In this document: piece by piece, positions 1 to 7,415 of the stretch | Position numbering within the stretch: position 1 is the stretch's first letter | How the letters are laid out: every line of letters begins with the position of its first letter | IMG/VR virus record: IMGVR_UViG_3300025167_000028 | Location: 1-39,924 of that record | Strand: one strand, 5' to 3' | Length of the DNA stretch: 39,924 nucleotides | From: a virus | Lineage: Duplodnaviria; Caudoviricetes | Program-made: the position numbers and the translations under genes | Notes under the pieces: model-generated | Database searches by the model: none | Seen by the model: only the letters and a program-made list of their open reading frames with translations | Told to the model about the DNA's origin: nothing

Positions 1-2
1 TG

Positions 3-140
3 GGGGTAGGGGCGGGGATGATGTTAAAGGCCACCACGCCCGAACTGGAGGTCTTGGGCTTTGAGCTTGTCGCCATGCCTGTCAGCTTCCTTTTCGGCGA
101 AAGAATGTATCTTGGATTCAAAGGTAACATGGCTAAATGA
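3..140 (+). CDS. C-terminal part of a holin-like membrane protein (truncated by window start)
   Basis: Open frame GVGAGMMLKATTPELEVLGFELVAMPVSFLFGERMYLGFKGNMAK*; hydrophobic segment ending FLFGER resembles 3TM holin C-termini; plausibly continues ORF 39806..end. Confidence 0.55.
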   Translation, partial: GVGAGMMLKATTPELEVLGFELVAMPVSFLFGERMYLGFKGNMAK

Positions 141-160
141 AATCTATCCTGCGATAGGTG

Positions 161-188
161 GAATTCTGTCTAATACACTGTGTTATAC
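161..188 (+). other. attI-like recombination site 1
   Basis: GAATTCTGTCTAATACACTGT then GTTATAC; same 21-mer at 3385 and 8630; heads a cassette array; has 2 extra nt before GTT relative to the other copies. Confidence 0.7.
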
Positions 189-347
189 GGCAATGTTTTT
201 ACGGCACTGGTCCCATGCCAGAGCAGGGGTTTTCCCCCAGGCAAGGAGCGTTGCCGGTCCTTCTTCCCAAATGTGGTAACCACCCCATGTTGCCCGACAA
301 CAAAAGGCTCTCGGTATTATATTCAGTACAAACTGTTTCGCGGTCAT
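183..347 (-). CDS. hypothetical cassette protein (54 aa, MTAKQF...)
   Basis: GAGGA RBS before ATG at 347; stop TAA is the complement of TTA in the GTTATAC core. Confidence 0.55.
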   Translation of the reverse strand: MTAKQFVLNIIPRAFCCRATWGGYHIWEEGPATLLAWGKTPALAWDQCRKNIAV

Positions 348-359
348 GTTGTGGTCCTC

Positions 360-420
360 GTGTAACAAGTCATTCCAGCCGATCCTCGCTACGCTCGGGC
401 GGCTGAATTCCGGCTTATAC
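360..420 (+). other. attC-like site (R' core lacks its G)
   Basis: R'' GTGTAAC, 5 nt, L'' ATTCCAGC ... L' GCTGAAT, 6 nt, TTATAC; extra C in L''. Confidence 0.8.
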
Positions 421-1077
421 GTTGCGCTCGCAATCATCGTTTTTGCGGCAAATTATCCAGAAGCAATGACGCTTCCGGGCGTGGTGCGCGGTTTTCCATT
501 TCGTTGAAACCATCGGCCCTTTCCTGATTTTTACAATCAGATCGCAGACCGTGAAACCCGCTTCCTCGGCCATCCGCATAAAATCAGCGTGCGGCCATTT
601 CGATTTGTGGTTGTTCACCATGTCGGTGATTTTGGCGAGCAGCAAGCCGTTCGGCTTTAATACGCGCATGGCCTGTTTTAAGAACGGCGGATAGAGATAA
701 CTCAGGTTCCAATCCTGGTCGACCCCGCATTCCATTGTCGCGCCGAAGTCCACGTCGAAACGCTTTTTGCTTTTGTCCCGCCCTTGCGGGCCGACATGGG
801 GCGGATCGAATATTACCGCACCATACGTCGCTGCCTTGACGCCATTCATTACTCGATTGTCGCCAACAATCATTGGTTTGTATCGCGGGTCAATGTCCAT
901 CGACACCACTTTTCGCTTTGAGCCTTTCCACATGCGCCCGGCGTTGTAGGTTGAATCAAGAATCGGCTCGGGTGGGATTGTCGGGTAGAACTTGAACATC
1001 GCTTCCAGCAAATCGGAATCGTTTCCTTCCCACACGCTGCTAATCGGAGCGTAAAGGAATGGTGCGAGGTCAGTCAC
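415..1077 (-). CDS. DNA amino-methyltransferase-like protein (N6A/N4C)
   Basis: SAM-binding-like ILDSTYNAG..MDID, catalytic IFDPPH, AMRVLKPNG motif. Confidence 0.8.
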   Translation of the reverse strand: MTDLAPFLYAPISSVWEGNDSDLLEAMFKFYPTIPPEPILDSTYNAGRMWKGSKRKVVSMDIDPRYKPMIVGDNRVMNGVKAATYGAVIFDPPHVGPQGRDKSKKRFDVDFGATMECGVDQDWNLSYLYPPFLKQAMRVLKPNGLLLAKITDMVNNHKSKWPHADFMRMAEEAGFTVCDLIVKIRKGPMVSTKWKTAHHARKRHCFWIICRKNDDCERNV

Positions 1078-1259
1078 GGGCGAATTCCAAATGAGTCACG
1101 AAAAATACCAGTACATGCACAACAAAACCAAGTATGCCCGTTGTCCCGGCTATAGTGCCAAACATCATGCTGGCAAACGCGGCAGTAGGAAGTCCGACTC
1201 ATAACAACTGGCTGGAACCGACGCCGGAGACAGCGCAGCATGTTTCCTGTAGCGTTCAT
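1074..1259 (-). CDS. small protein with two CxxC motifs; N-terminus encoded in attC
   Basis: CRVC...CCAC; ATGA overlap with upstream stop at 1256 and overlap with the MTase start. Confidence 0.55.
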   Translation of the reverse strand: MNATGNMLRCLRRRFQPVVMSRTSYCRVCQHDVWHYSRDNGHTWFCCACTGIFRDSFGIRP

Positions 1260-1289
1260 GGCCGGCGCGGTTCATCCATGGCGTTATGG
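1199..1289 (+). other. attC-like site
   Basis: R'' TCATAAC, L'' GCTGGAAC, inner stem CGACGCCGG/CCGGCGCG, L' GTTCATC, R' GTTATGG. Confidence 0.8.
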
Positions 1290-1528
1290 TGAACAACCGA
1301 TGCCCAATGTACTGTGATGAAATTCTGTAAAAACTCAGAATCATCACCCATCGTCGGCCTTCCCTGTGATTTTGCCACGCTACGCGCAAGGTTCACGCAA
1401 TCATGCACAGTCGCCCGCAGCGTAATATGTGCTGAAATATCGTTCCCCTCTGGGCCAGTAGCGGGCCAAGGCTCTCTCCACTCAAGTTCTGCGGTGTGCC
1501 TATTTTCTAGCAGATCGTCAATGTTCAT
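1256..1528 (-). CDS. hypothetical cassette protein
   Basis: 90 aa, GGAGG RBS, ATGA coupling on both sides; ends NAMDEPRRP inside attC. Confidence 0.7.
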   Translation of the reverse strand: MNIDDLLENRHTAELEWREPWPATGPEGNDISAHITLRATVHDCVNLARSVAKSQGRPTMGDDSEFLQNFITVHWASVVHHNAMDEPRRP

Positions 1529-1713
1529 AGTTCCTCCGTGCGCTCGCCGGTTAAGGGCGCGTTAGGCAACGTATATTGATGATAGTATTTCCTTGTAAGC
1601 CTTTCGTATGTTTCAGCTCGTTCTTTATGAAGCCAAAAAGGATAAAGAAGTTCTGCTTCTTCCAAGGCTTTCTTCCTTGCCAGTTCCATCAACCCTACAT
1701 AATCGAGTTCCAT
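1525..1713 (-). CDS. hypothetical cassette protein
   Basis: 62 aa, AAGGAGGT RBS; ends NAPLTGERTEEL. Confidence 0.65.
   Translation of the reverse strand: MELDYVGLMELARKKALEEAELLYPFWLHKERAETYERLTRKYYHQYTLPNAPLTGERTEEL
1547..1567 (+). other. attC right arm only (left arm degenerate)
   Basis: CCGGTTAAGGGCGC-GTTAGGC; GTTAGGCAA is exactly complementary to TTGCCTAAC at 1724-1732. Confidence 0.6.
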
Positions 1714-1725
1714 TCAACCTCCTTT

Positions 1726-1857
1726 GCCTAACAAGCGGTTCGAGATCGGACGGGCCTCGTCAGTGCCGTGTGCGGTTTCGTCGCCTTCTATTGGTTTCTC
1801 ACCACTCATGGTTTCTCATCTCCGTTATCGGCCCGCCGCTCAACCGCAGCGTTAGAT
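1726..1857 (+). other. attC-like site (long loop)
   Basis: R'' GCCTAAC, L'' GTTCGAG, stem CGGACGGGCC/GGCCCGCCG, L' GCTCAAC, R' GTTAGAT. Confidence 0.85.
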
Positions 1858-2063
1858 GGTGTAAACCCCATCTGTTCCGGCACCCCGACATAAGTCAGAA
1901 GCCGCACAGTTTCCTCACGCCACATAACAAAATAAAAATCATCCTGGCCGTGAAGCAACCCGATAAAAATATATTCGTTGCCTTCTTCGTCGAAATACTT
2001 GTTCCCTATTAAGGGCTCGTATTCTTTAACCAGATTTGTCCAATTATCATCTGCGTATGCCAT
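1806..2063 (-). CDS. hypothetical cassette protein
   Basis: 85 aa; ends NAAVERRADNGDEKP inside attC loop. Confidence 0.65.
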   Translation of the reverse strand: MAYADDNWTNLVKEYEPLIGNKYFDEEGNEYIFIGLLHGQDDFYFVMWREETVRLLTYVGVPEQMGFTPSNAAVERRADNGDEKP

Positions 2064-2148
2064 CTAACCTCGCCTTGAACCGGACGCGGGTTACGCCGCG
2101 CCGTTTCCTGTTGTTGAATCAGCCGCGCCGGTTATGGCGGCGTTATAC
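2062..2148 (+). other. attC-like site
   Basis: R'' ATCTAAC; GCCTTGAACCGGACGCGG pairs with CCGCGCCGGTTATGGC with two extra bases on the left arm; R' GTTATAC. Confidence 0.85.
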
Positions 2149-2454
2149 GGCATCCCCTTTGTAGGTAAGGCTTAAGCCGCTCTGTCCGTCCGTACAGCAC
2201 CATATCTGCGGTAGTTGCGGGTATGGTGTTCCGGTGTTTGGCGCTTCGACCCAACGCGGAACGTGTGATGTTTCAAGCGGCCACGGCGGGGAGCGATCAC
2301 GCTCGATAATAATCGGAACGGAAGGAATGAACTTAGAACCGAAAAGCTCGTGTAGTTGATCGTGCAATTCCTTTGCTTCTTCAATAGAAAGCTCAACCTT
2401 CTTGCCGTCTTTCGTCTCAAGTTCAATCTTCGTTAGTTTCAATTTCTTTGTCAT
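2143..2454 (-). CDS. hypothetical cassette protein
   Basis: 103 aa, GGAG RBS; stop lies in the GTTA core. Confidence 0.7.
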   Translation of the reverse strand: MTKKLKLTKIELETKDGKKVELSIEEAKELHDQLHELFGSKFIPSVPIIIERDRSPPWPLETSHVPRWVEAPNTGTPYPQLPQIWCCTDGQSGLSLTYKGDAV

Positions 2455-2482
2455 GTCAGTCTCCGTTGTAGAAGAAAATGCC

Positions 2483-2539
2483 GTATAACACGGCGCTCAT
2501 GCCGACTCGCTACGCTCGCGGCATAGCTAGGCGTTGGGC
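2483..2539 (+). other. attC site (canonical 57 bp)
   Basis: GTATAAC-ACGGC-GCTCATGC-CGACTCGCTACGCTCGCG-GCATAGC-TAGGC-GTTGGGC. Confidence 0.92.
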
Positions 2540-2706
2540 GTCAAAATTTTTAGTGACAATTCCACTACGCATAAAGCACTTCCGACTTGAGCAAGGCATC
2601 GAAATTTATTGTTTAGTGTTGGTGTTGGCTCACCGATCAAGAAAATTCCTGGCGAAATCTCTTTACCGTCCATTTTAGGCAATTCCAAATTACCAATAAT
2701 CTCCAT
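2527..2706 (-). CDS. hypothetical cassette protein (59 aa, below ORF-track cutoff)
   Basis: MEIIGNLELPKMDGKEISPGIFLIGEPTP...KILTPNA*; fills the cassette. Confidence 0.6.
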   Translation of the reverse strand: MEIIGNLELPKMDGKEISPGIFLIGEPTPTLNNKFRCLAQVGSALCVVELSLKILTPNA

Positions 2707-2725
2707 GTCTATTTTCGTCCTTCAC

Positions 2726-2848
2726 GCCCAACCCGGCGCTCAACGCGGACGCTGCGCCAGCGGGCGTCTCGTCGGCTTGTGGTTTCTGGTCGTTCATCGC
2801 TTCGGCTCCTGTTCGTGGCGCGCAGCGCCGGTTAGCTCTACGTTAGAA
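2726..2848 (+). other. attC-like site
   Basis: R'' GCCCAAC, L'' GCTCAAC, stem CGGACGCTGCGC/GCGCAGCGCCG, L' GGTTAGC, R' GTTAGAA. Confidence 0.88.
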
Positions 2849-3129
2849 CGCACACGCTCGCACATAGCCTCGTGCATGGCCTCGGCTTCTTCCCATGTCG
2901 TGCAACGGTCTTGCTCTTGATCGAGCTTACCGCCGAATATCATCGTTTCAAAAAGAAGCGGGGGGCCGTCACCGTATTGATGGTTGAGGCCAAGAAAAAC
3001 CGTGCTCACTTCAACATCATCAATGGTCGTTTTACGAACTGCCCGGTCTGTTCTTTCAAACCTTCGTGCCCAAGTCATCAAGTCGGTTTTTACGGCCTTG
3101 TGTCCTTCAAGAATGTAGTGATCGCTCAT
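2794..3129 (-). CDS. phage hypothetical protein
   Basis: AAGGAG RBS before MSDHY; VSTVFLGLNH...PLLFETMIFGG motif familiar from phage early genes; ends NVELTGAARHEQEPKR in attC. Confidence 0.75.
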   Translation of the reverse strand: MSDHYILEGHKAVKTDLMTWARRFERTDRAVRKTTIDDVEVSTVFLGLNHQYGDGPPLLFETMIFGGKLDQEQDRCTTWEEAEAMHEAMCERVRSNVELTGAARHEQEPKR

Positions 3130-3142
3130 AAATTCTCCTTTG

Positions 3143-3325
3143 TTAATCCTTGGCCGCATTCCTGACCTGGATGTTAGTACTCAATGCGCGAATATCTTTT
3201 GCAGTGCCTCGCTGCTCTACAATGCACGCAGATGCTTCGACAGCTGTATCGTATGCCTTGCGAGCTAGTACAATATCTGCATCGCAACCGTACTTGACAC
3301 TTGAAATAAACTCTTCAAACTTCAT
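3143..3325 (-). CDS. hypothetical protein
   Basis: 60 aa, GAGG RBS. Confidence 0.55.
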   Translation of the reverse strand: MKFEEFISSVKYGCDADIVLARKAYDTAVEASACIVEQRGTAKDIRALSTNIQVRNAAKD

Positions 3326-3384
3326 CGTTATAACCTCATAAAGCCAGCCGGGATAGTCAGCGCGCCCCTAATCTTTCGTGGGCA

Positions 3385-3410
3385 GAATTCTGTCTAATAC
3401 ACTGTTAGCC
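3385..3410 (+). other. attI-like recombination site 2
   Basis: GAATTCTGTCTAATACACT-GTTAGCC; no hairpin; followed by a cassette with complementary ends. Confidence 0.8.
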
Positions 3411-3551
3411 CTCTCGGGCCTTCGCTACACGCTCCAGGTATCGGCGCACTCGTTCCCAGTCTTTCGGGTGGACCCATACCTGCCGGAGCGTGTAGCCCTT
3501 GGCACGCATCCTTGCGCGCTCGTCCCGCTTCCGTTGGGCGGCATCCTTCAC
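3405..3551 (-). CDS. small DNA-binding/antitoxin-like protein (DUF3018/RHH-like)
   Basis: MKDAAQRKRDERARMRAKGYTLRQVWVHPKDWERVRRYLERVAKAREG*; GTGA coupling; stop lies in the core. Confidence 0.6.
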   Translation of the reverse strand: MKDAAQRKRDERARMRAKGYTLRQVWVHPKDWERVRRYLERVAKAREG

Positions 3552-3724
3552 GGATAAATCCACCTGTACACTTCTTCCCCGCCTTCATCTTGGTCGAAGC
3601 GCACTAACCAATACTCCCCGTCCCCGCACTTCACGTCTTCGGCTTCAAGCAGGGTTGCCGTTCCCTCGTACTTTATTTTCGTAATTGGGTCTTCGTAAAT
3701 TTCTAATCTGTCGTATGGTTTCAT
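3548..3724 (-). CDS. small acidic hypothetical protein (58 aa)
   Basis: MKPYDRLEIYEDPITK...YRWIYP*; AGGAGG RBS; directly behind a consensus promoter. Confidence 0.7.
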   Translation of the reverse strand: MKPYDRLEIYEDPITKIKYEGTATLLEAEDVKCGDGEYWLVRFDQDEGGEEVYRWIYP

Positions 3725-3762
3725 GCTTCCTCCTGTTGTCGTAGCTCGATTGCTACAGACAC

Positions 3763-3791
3763 ATTATAGCACGTGACATGTCACATGTCAA
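3763..3791 (-). promoter_or_regulatory. consensus sigma70 promoter with palindromic operator
   Basis: TTGACA-17 nt-TATAAT; spacer contains the palindrome GTGACATGTCAC. Confidence 0.9.
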
Positions 3792-3794
3792 GAG

Positions 3795-3858
3795 GGCTAA
3801 CACGGCGCTCCACCGGATCGCGCGCTACGGCGCGCTCCCGGTGAGCTTGGCGTTAGAG
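3795..3858 (+). other. attC site (64 bp)
   Basis: GGCTAAC-ACGGC-GCTCCACC...GGTGAGC-TTGGC-GTTAGAG. Confidence 0.92.
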
Positions 3859-4208
3859 CCCATGCGCAGTAGCTCCTTGCCACGCCGCCAAATGTCCATG
3901 CGCAGTGCGCCTCGCGCCTCCATCTTCCGTGCCTGCGTCCAGGTAATCGCCTGCGTTATGCGTCGGCAGTCCATCTCGTGGCACATCTGCGGCTTCGTGC
4001 CGTGGATCGTGCAGCCTTCGTCGCCGAGGTACACGCAGGCGCCGTCCGGTTTGTGCGCCAGCATCCTCGCTTCCGGCATGTACGGATGCGGCTCCGTCTG
4101 GTACTTGCTCAGGTCGTCGCCAGCCAGCAGCCGCACCGCATCGTTGTGGCAGCAGCGCGTGCAGCCGTCGCACGGCACGTCGTACAAGGGCTCTAACATG
4201 GCGCTCAA
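3825..4208 (-). CDS. YkgJ-like cysteine cluster (Zn/Fe-chelating) protein
   Basis: CDGCTRCC...CVYL...GCTIHGTKPQMC pattern; ends NAKLTGSAP in attC; start uncertain. Confidence 0.75.
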   Translation of the reverse strand: MSAMLEPLYDVPCDGCTRCCHNDAVRLLAGDDLSKYQTEPHPYMPEARMLAHKPDGACVYLGDEGCTIHGTKPQMCHEMDCRRITQAITWTQARKMEARGALRMDIWRRGKELLRMGSNAKLTGSAP

Positions 4209-4210
4209 CC
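4191..4210 (+). other. attC left arm only
   Basis: CTCTAAC-ATGGC-GCTCAACC; GGGCTCTAAC complements GTTAGAGCCC at 3852; no right arm seen. Confidence 0.65.
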
Positions 4211-4287
4211 TCTAGCCGCGGTCTTGTGAAATCAATGCGCCGATCTTAATCTTTCCGTACATTCTCGCCTCCGTCTACGCCCAACAA

Positions 4288-4941
4288 TTAAATCCTCGCA
4301 ATCGCCTTGATCCGCATCCGGCGATTGCGAATCTGTTCGGCATATCCCGGCTCACCGCCGCTGTATCTGTGTTGTGCCCGCGCGATGGACTTGAAAGATT
4401 GTAGATGCTGAGCCATATATCGCGCACCTGCATGCAGATTAGCCTCGATACCGAATCGCTGGCTCCAATCCAACCCGAGAGCGCGCGCGGTGGCTGGCAT
4501 GATCTGGGCCAATCCTACCGCACCCGCGCGGCTGACGGCCCGTGAATCGAAATGCGATTCTTGCTCGATCTGCGCCGCCCACCAGGTCACATCCAGCCCA
4601 TGAGTTTCGGCGGAGACCACCAGGGCGCGGGCGATGCGCGACGCCGGGACACGAGGATTTACGCCAGCGACATATCGGGTCAGTCGATCAATTGTCTGCT
4701 CGCGCTTGGCGTCCGTAAGTTCGGCGGCGAGACTGATCGCCAGATCAACCGATTTCTCGGCGGTATCGGCAGCCTGTTTTATCAGACCATGAGCTGCGAA
4801 ATACTCGCCTCGCAGAAAATTGATCTCACGATCGCGCTCCATGACCGTGACGTATACCGCCGCCATCCCAAAAGCAGCGCCTATAACTGCGTGAATCAGC
4901 GCATCGCGCATGCCGTACCTATCATCATGTTGGATTTTCAT
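4288..4941 (-). CDS. lytic transglycosylase (SLT domain) with N-terminal TM segment
   Basis: EQES...AVSRAGAVGLAQIMPATA...NLHAGARY motifs. Confidence 0.88.
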   Translation of the reverse strand: MKIQHDDRYGMRDALIHAVIGAAFGMAAVYVTVMERDREINFLRGEYFAAHGLIKQAADTAEKSVDLAISLAAELTDAKREQTIDRLTRYVAGVNPRVPASRIARALVVSAETHGLDVTWWAAQIEQESHFDSRAVSRAGAVGLAQIMPATARALGLDWSQRFGIEANLHAGARYMAQHLQSFKSIARAQHRYSGGEPGYAEQIRNRRMRIKAIARI

Positions 4942-5467
4942 ATACCAGCGCCCGAAGAGCGAATTGTTGCAGATCAATTTTCAGGCCCGCCGTCTCCGCC
5001 GCCCGCGCCGCCGCCCGCGCCGCCGCCGTCTCCGCCGCCCGCGCCGCCGCCCACGCCGCCTGCGCCCCCCGATCTTTACCGGCAAGCCAGTTCGCCGCCC
5101 ATACGTGAAATTTCGGCTCGTCATAAACAGCGAGCGCGCAGTAGATCGCAAACGCCACTCGTTGCTTGGTCGTGAACACGGGCAGTGGTAATTCCTTAGT
5201 CAGCCGCATCCGCTTGGCCCCGCCCTTAAGACCGTCGTGCGCAACCTGGTCGCACTCGACCGCGAACAGGCGTGGGCTCTGAATATGCGCGTGTGCGGGG
5301 TTCAGAAGAACTGCTAACTCAGGCGAGTCGTAAAAATGGAACACGTCGGCGGAACAGAGCACGTTGCCGGGGGTATCTATCTCATGTATCTCGCCCAAGT
5401 GCCACTGAAAACCGCAGTGGGTGCACATTGTCTGATCGGTCAATTTATATTTTGTGAGGAGCTCCAT
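4925..5467 (-). CDS. phage hypothetical protein with Ala-rich repeats
   Basis: AAWAAARAAETAAARAAARAAETA low-complexity tract; coupled to neighbours. Confidence 0.7.
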   Translation of the reverse strand: MELLTKYKLTDQTMCTHCGFQWHLGEIHEIDTPGNVLCSADVFHFYDSPELAVLLNPAHAHIQSPRLFAVECDQVAHDGLKGGAKRMRLTKELPLPVFTTKQRVAFAIYCALAVYDEPKFHVWAANWLAGKDRGAQAAWAAARAAETAAARAAARAAETAGLKIDLQQFALRALVYENPT

Positions 5468-6147
5468 CAAAATCTCCATCCCAGCACGATCACATTCGTT
5501 TGCCCTACCCCTGCCATAAAGCTATGGTTATTAAAACGACCGCCGACATCGGTAATATATGCGTACCATCCAAGCGAGAAATTCTTTCCGCGCACACCCG
5601 TCCCCGCCATCCACCCAAATCCATGTAATGTTTCATTGAACGTGTTTCCATTGAACGTACTTCCATTATAAAAATACTCATCTTTCCACAGGGAAAAAGA
5701 CTGTCTGAAGCCACCTGCGCCGATCTCCACGAAGGCATGCCGGCCGAATACGCGCGAGACCAGGAAGGCGCGCATGGAGCCAGTGGTATGATAAAAATCA
5801 ACATCGCCCTGGCAGCTTTGCCCACCTCCGGCGAGGATACAATCTTCATTATCCGAAGCGTAGCCAGCGAGCGAGTAAACGCCCAGATCGGCATACGAAA
5901 GCCTCCAACCCCCATGATCCAATCCGATTCTGAACATCGAGGGCTTCATGTTCCAATCCACTCCGTAGCCCGCGCATTCCTGATGCCACAAACCGCATGG
6001 AGGCTTTTCGTATTTCGATTGCCCGATTTCGATGAAAGGTGTGGCGGCGCAGGCGTCCTTGATGTACGAAAATCCCACTAGAAACAATAGCACCGCAATC
6101 CAAAATGCGGTATAGGATTTGATTAACAGCTTTGTGTCTTCGTCCAT
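5467..6147 (-). CDS. putative outer-membrane beta-barrel protein
   Basis: Signal-peptide-like N-terminus, amphipathic Gly/aromatic strands, C-terminal VIVLGWRF. Confidence 0.6.
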   Translation of the reverse strand: MDEDTKLLIKSYTAFWIAVLLFLVGFSYIKDACAATPFIEIGQSKYEKPPCGLWHQECAGYGVDWNMKPSMFRIGLDHGGWRLSYADLGVYSLAGYASDNEDCILAGGGQSCQGDVDFYHTTGSMRAFLVSRVFGRHAFVEIGAGGFRQSFSLWKDEYFYNGSTFNGNTFNETLHGFGWMAGTGVRGKNFSLGWYAYITDVGGRFNNHSFMAGVGQTNVIVLGWRF

Positions 6148-6156
6148 TGAGGTCTC

Positions 6157-6456
6157 CTACGATCGGTTATAAGCGCGCAATACACCTTTTGCTTCATCTC
6201 GTTCGGCGACATATTCCAGCAATAGACCAAGCCAAGCTCTTAGCGGCCAGTCGGGGTTGTATGTGCGAAAATCTTCCAAACTTTTATACCCCGTCGCTTC
6301 CAGATATTGTGTTTCTGTTATCCGGAAACGTCTCAGCCAACGCCTCATATTTTCATTCGTGGGCTCCGTCCTCCAGTTAGGCAATCTGATGTAAAAACGC
6401 CTTGCAAGACCAACCCAGGTCTCGTTGTCAACAAATTGGTTTCGTAGCGTGTTCAT
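6157..6456 (-). CDS. hypothetical protein
   Basis: 99 aa ORF in the leftward operon. Confidence 0.6.
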   Translation of the reverse strand: MNTLRNQFVDNETWVGLARRFYIRLPNWRTEPTNENMRRWLRRFRITETQYLEATGYKSLEDFRTYNPDWPLRAWLGLLLEYVAERDEAKGVLRAYNRS

Positions 6457-6650
6457 GGCTCAAGTAGGGGTGCTGAATGCTGTAACTATGGCACTTAGGC
6501 CTAGTCGAGTCAAGTTTTAGGCTAACCTGATCTTGCCCGATGCTAGTTGCCCCAAGCGCAGGCGCTTATACCGCGCGAGTCTTAGCCACATGATGCGCGC
6601 GCATAGTTTGTGCCCGCGCGCGCGGACCACGATTTTGACGGCATTGGGGC

Positions 6651-7415
6651 TCATATTTTCTCCAGATATTTTTTATCCAGTTGCCAGTAAGCAAGTAGTA
6701 ATCGGAACTTTTCAAATCCAGTGTCGAGATGTGATTGATCCCATTCATGAACACGGGTCAAGCCGGGATTATTGACTGAAATAAATATATTTATTCCCCT
6801 GGAGCTTGGCATTCCAAGCCCCGCACGATAAGCGGCCAATTGCATGCATTGTTCCGGCCACGTTAAGTTATCGCTGGTTTCGGAAAATTCCTTGGTTTTG
6901 AAGTCAATCACCATCGAGTCATTGTGCAAATCCACCTTCCCCCCGTAACCCAAGGGCGAGGCGAACGATCTTTCGCTATGCCACCTATCGCCTAATTTGT
7001 TCAGTTCTTCCAATACGGCGGTAACAAATTTTTCATGGGCAGGGTTAAAATTCTTGTGTTGCAAAGCGCGATCTATCGAGCCATGAATTGCAGACCCTTC
7101 CTCGGCTCTTTTCCTCGACTGTTCTTTGGCGTCCCGCGTAACTCGAACCGCGAAATCATCCAATGTTTCGTCCGGATCCATAGGAAGCGTCAAGGCCGCC
7201 AAAATCGCCTGCCGCAGTTTCCATTTTTCTAAGCCCGGCTTGGAAACGATGGACGTAATCATCGTCACGCTGGGGAACAACCCCAAACGGCGGGCATCGC
7301 GTAGCGTAGTCGGGCGCTCCGGCTTATCCCCAACACGGATTGTGTACACCGGAGAGCCGTCTCGGGCATACCAATGCCCCGACTCAAAAGCTATTTTCTT
7401 TTCCATCTTTAACAT
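6651..7415 (-). CDS. PD-(D/E)XK exonuclease (recombination)
   Basis: PSVT, GSAIH, E...GKVD...IDFKT, QLAAY motifs. Confidence 0.85.
   Translation of the reverse strand: MLKMEKKIAFESGHWYARDGSPVYTIRVGDKPERPTTLRDARRLGLFPSVTMITSIVSKPGLEKWKLRQAILAALTLPMDPDETLDDFAVRVTRDAKEQSRKRAEEGSAIHGSIDRALQHKNFNPAHEKFVTAVLEELNKLGDRWHSERSFASPLGYGGKVDLHNDSMVIDFKTKEFSETSDNLTWPEQCMQLAAYRAGLGMPSSRGINIFISVNNPGLTRVHEWDQSHLDTGFEKFRLLLAYWQLDKKYLEKI

Noticed and set aside
3155-3180. Possible degenerate attC right arm (GTTAGTA, tail NIQVRNAAKD)
   Set aside because: No partner arm found; suggestive only
4552-5191. Pro-rich and Arg-rich plus-strand ORFs
   Set aside because: Antisense readings of the Ala-rich repeat in ORF 4925-5467
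6160-6572. Possible decayed cassette around ORF 6157-6456 (GTTATAA read as Asn; GGCTAAC...CTTATAC at about 6520-6572)
   Set aside because: L boxes do not pair convincingly and the ends are not complementary; could be chance
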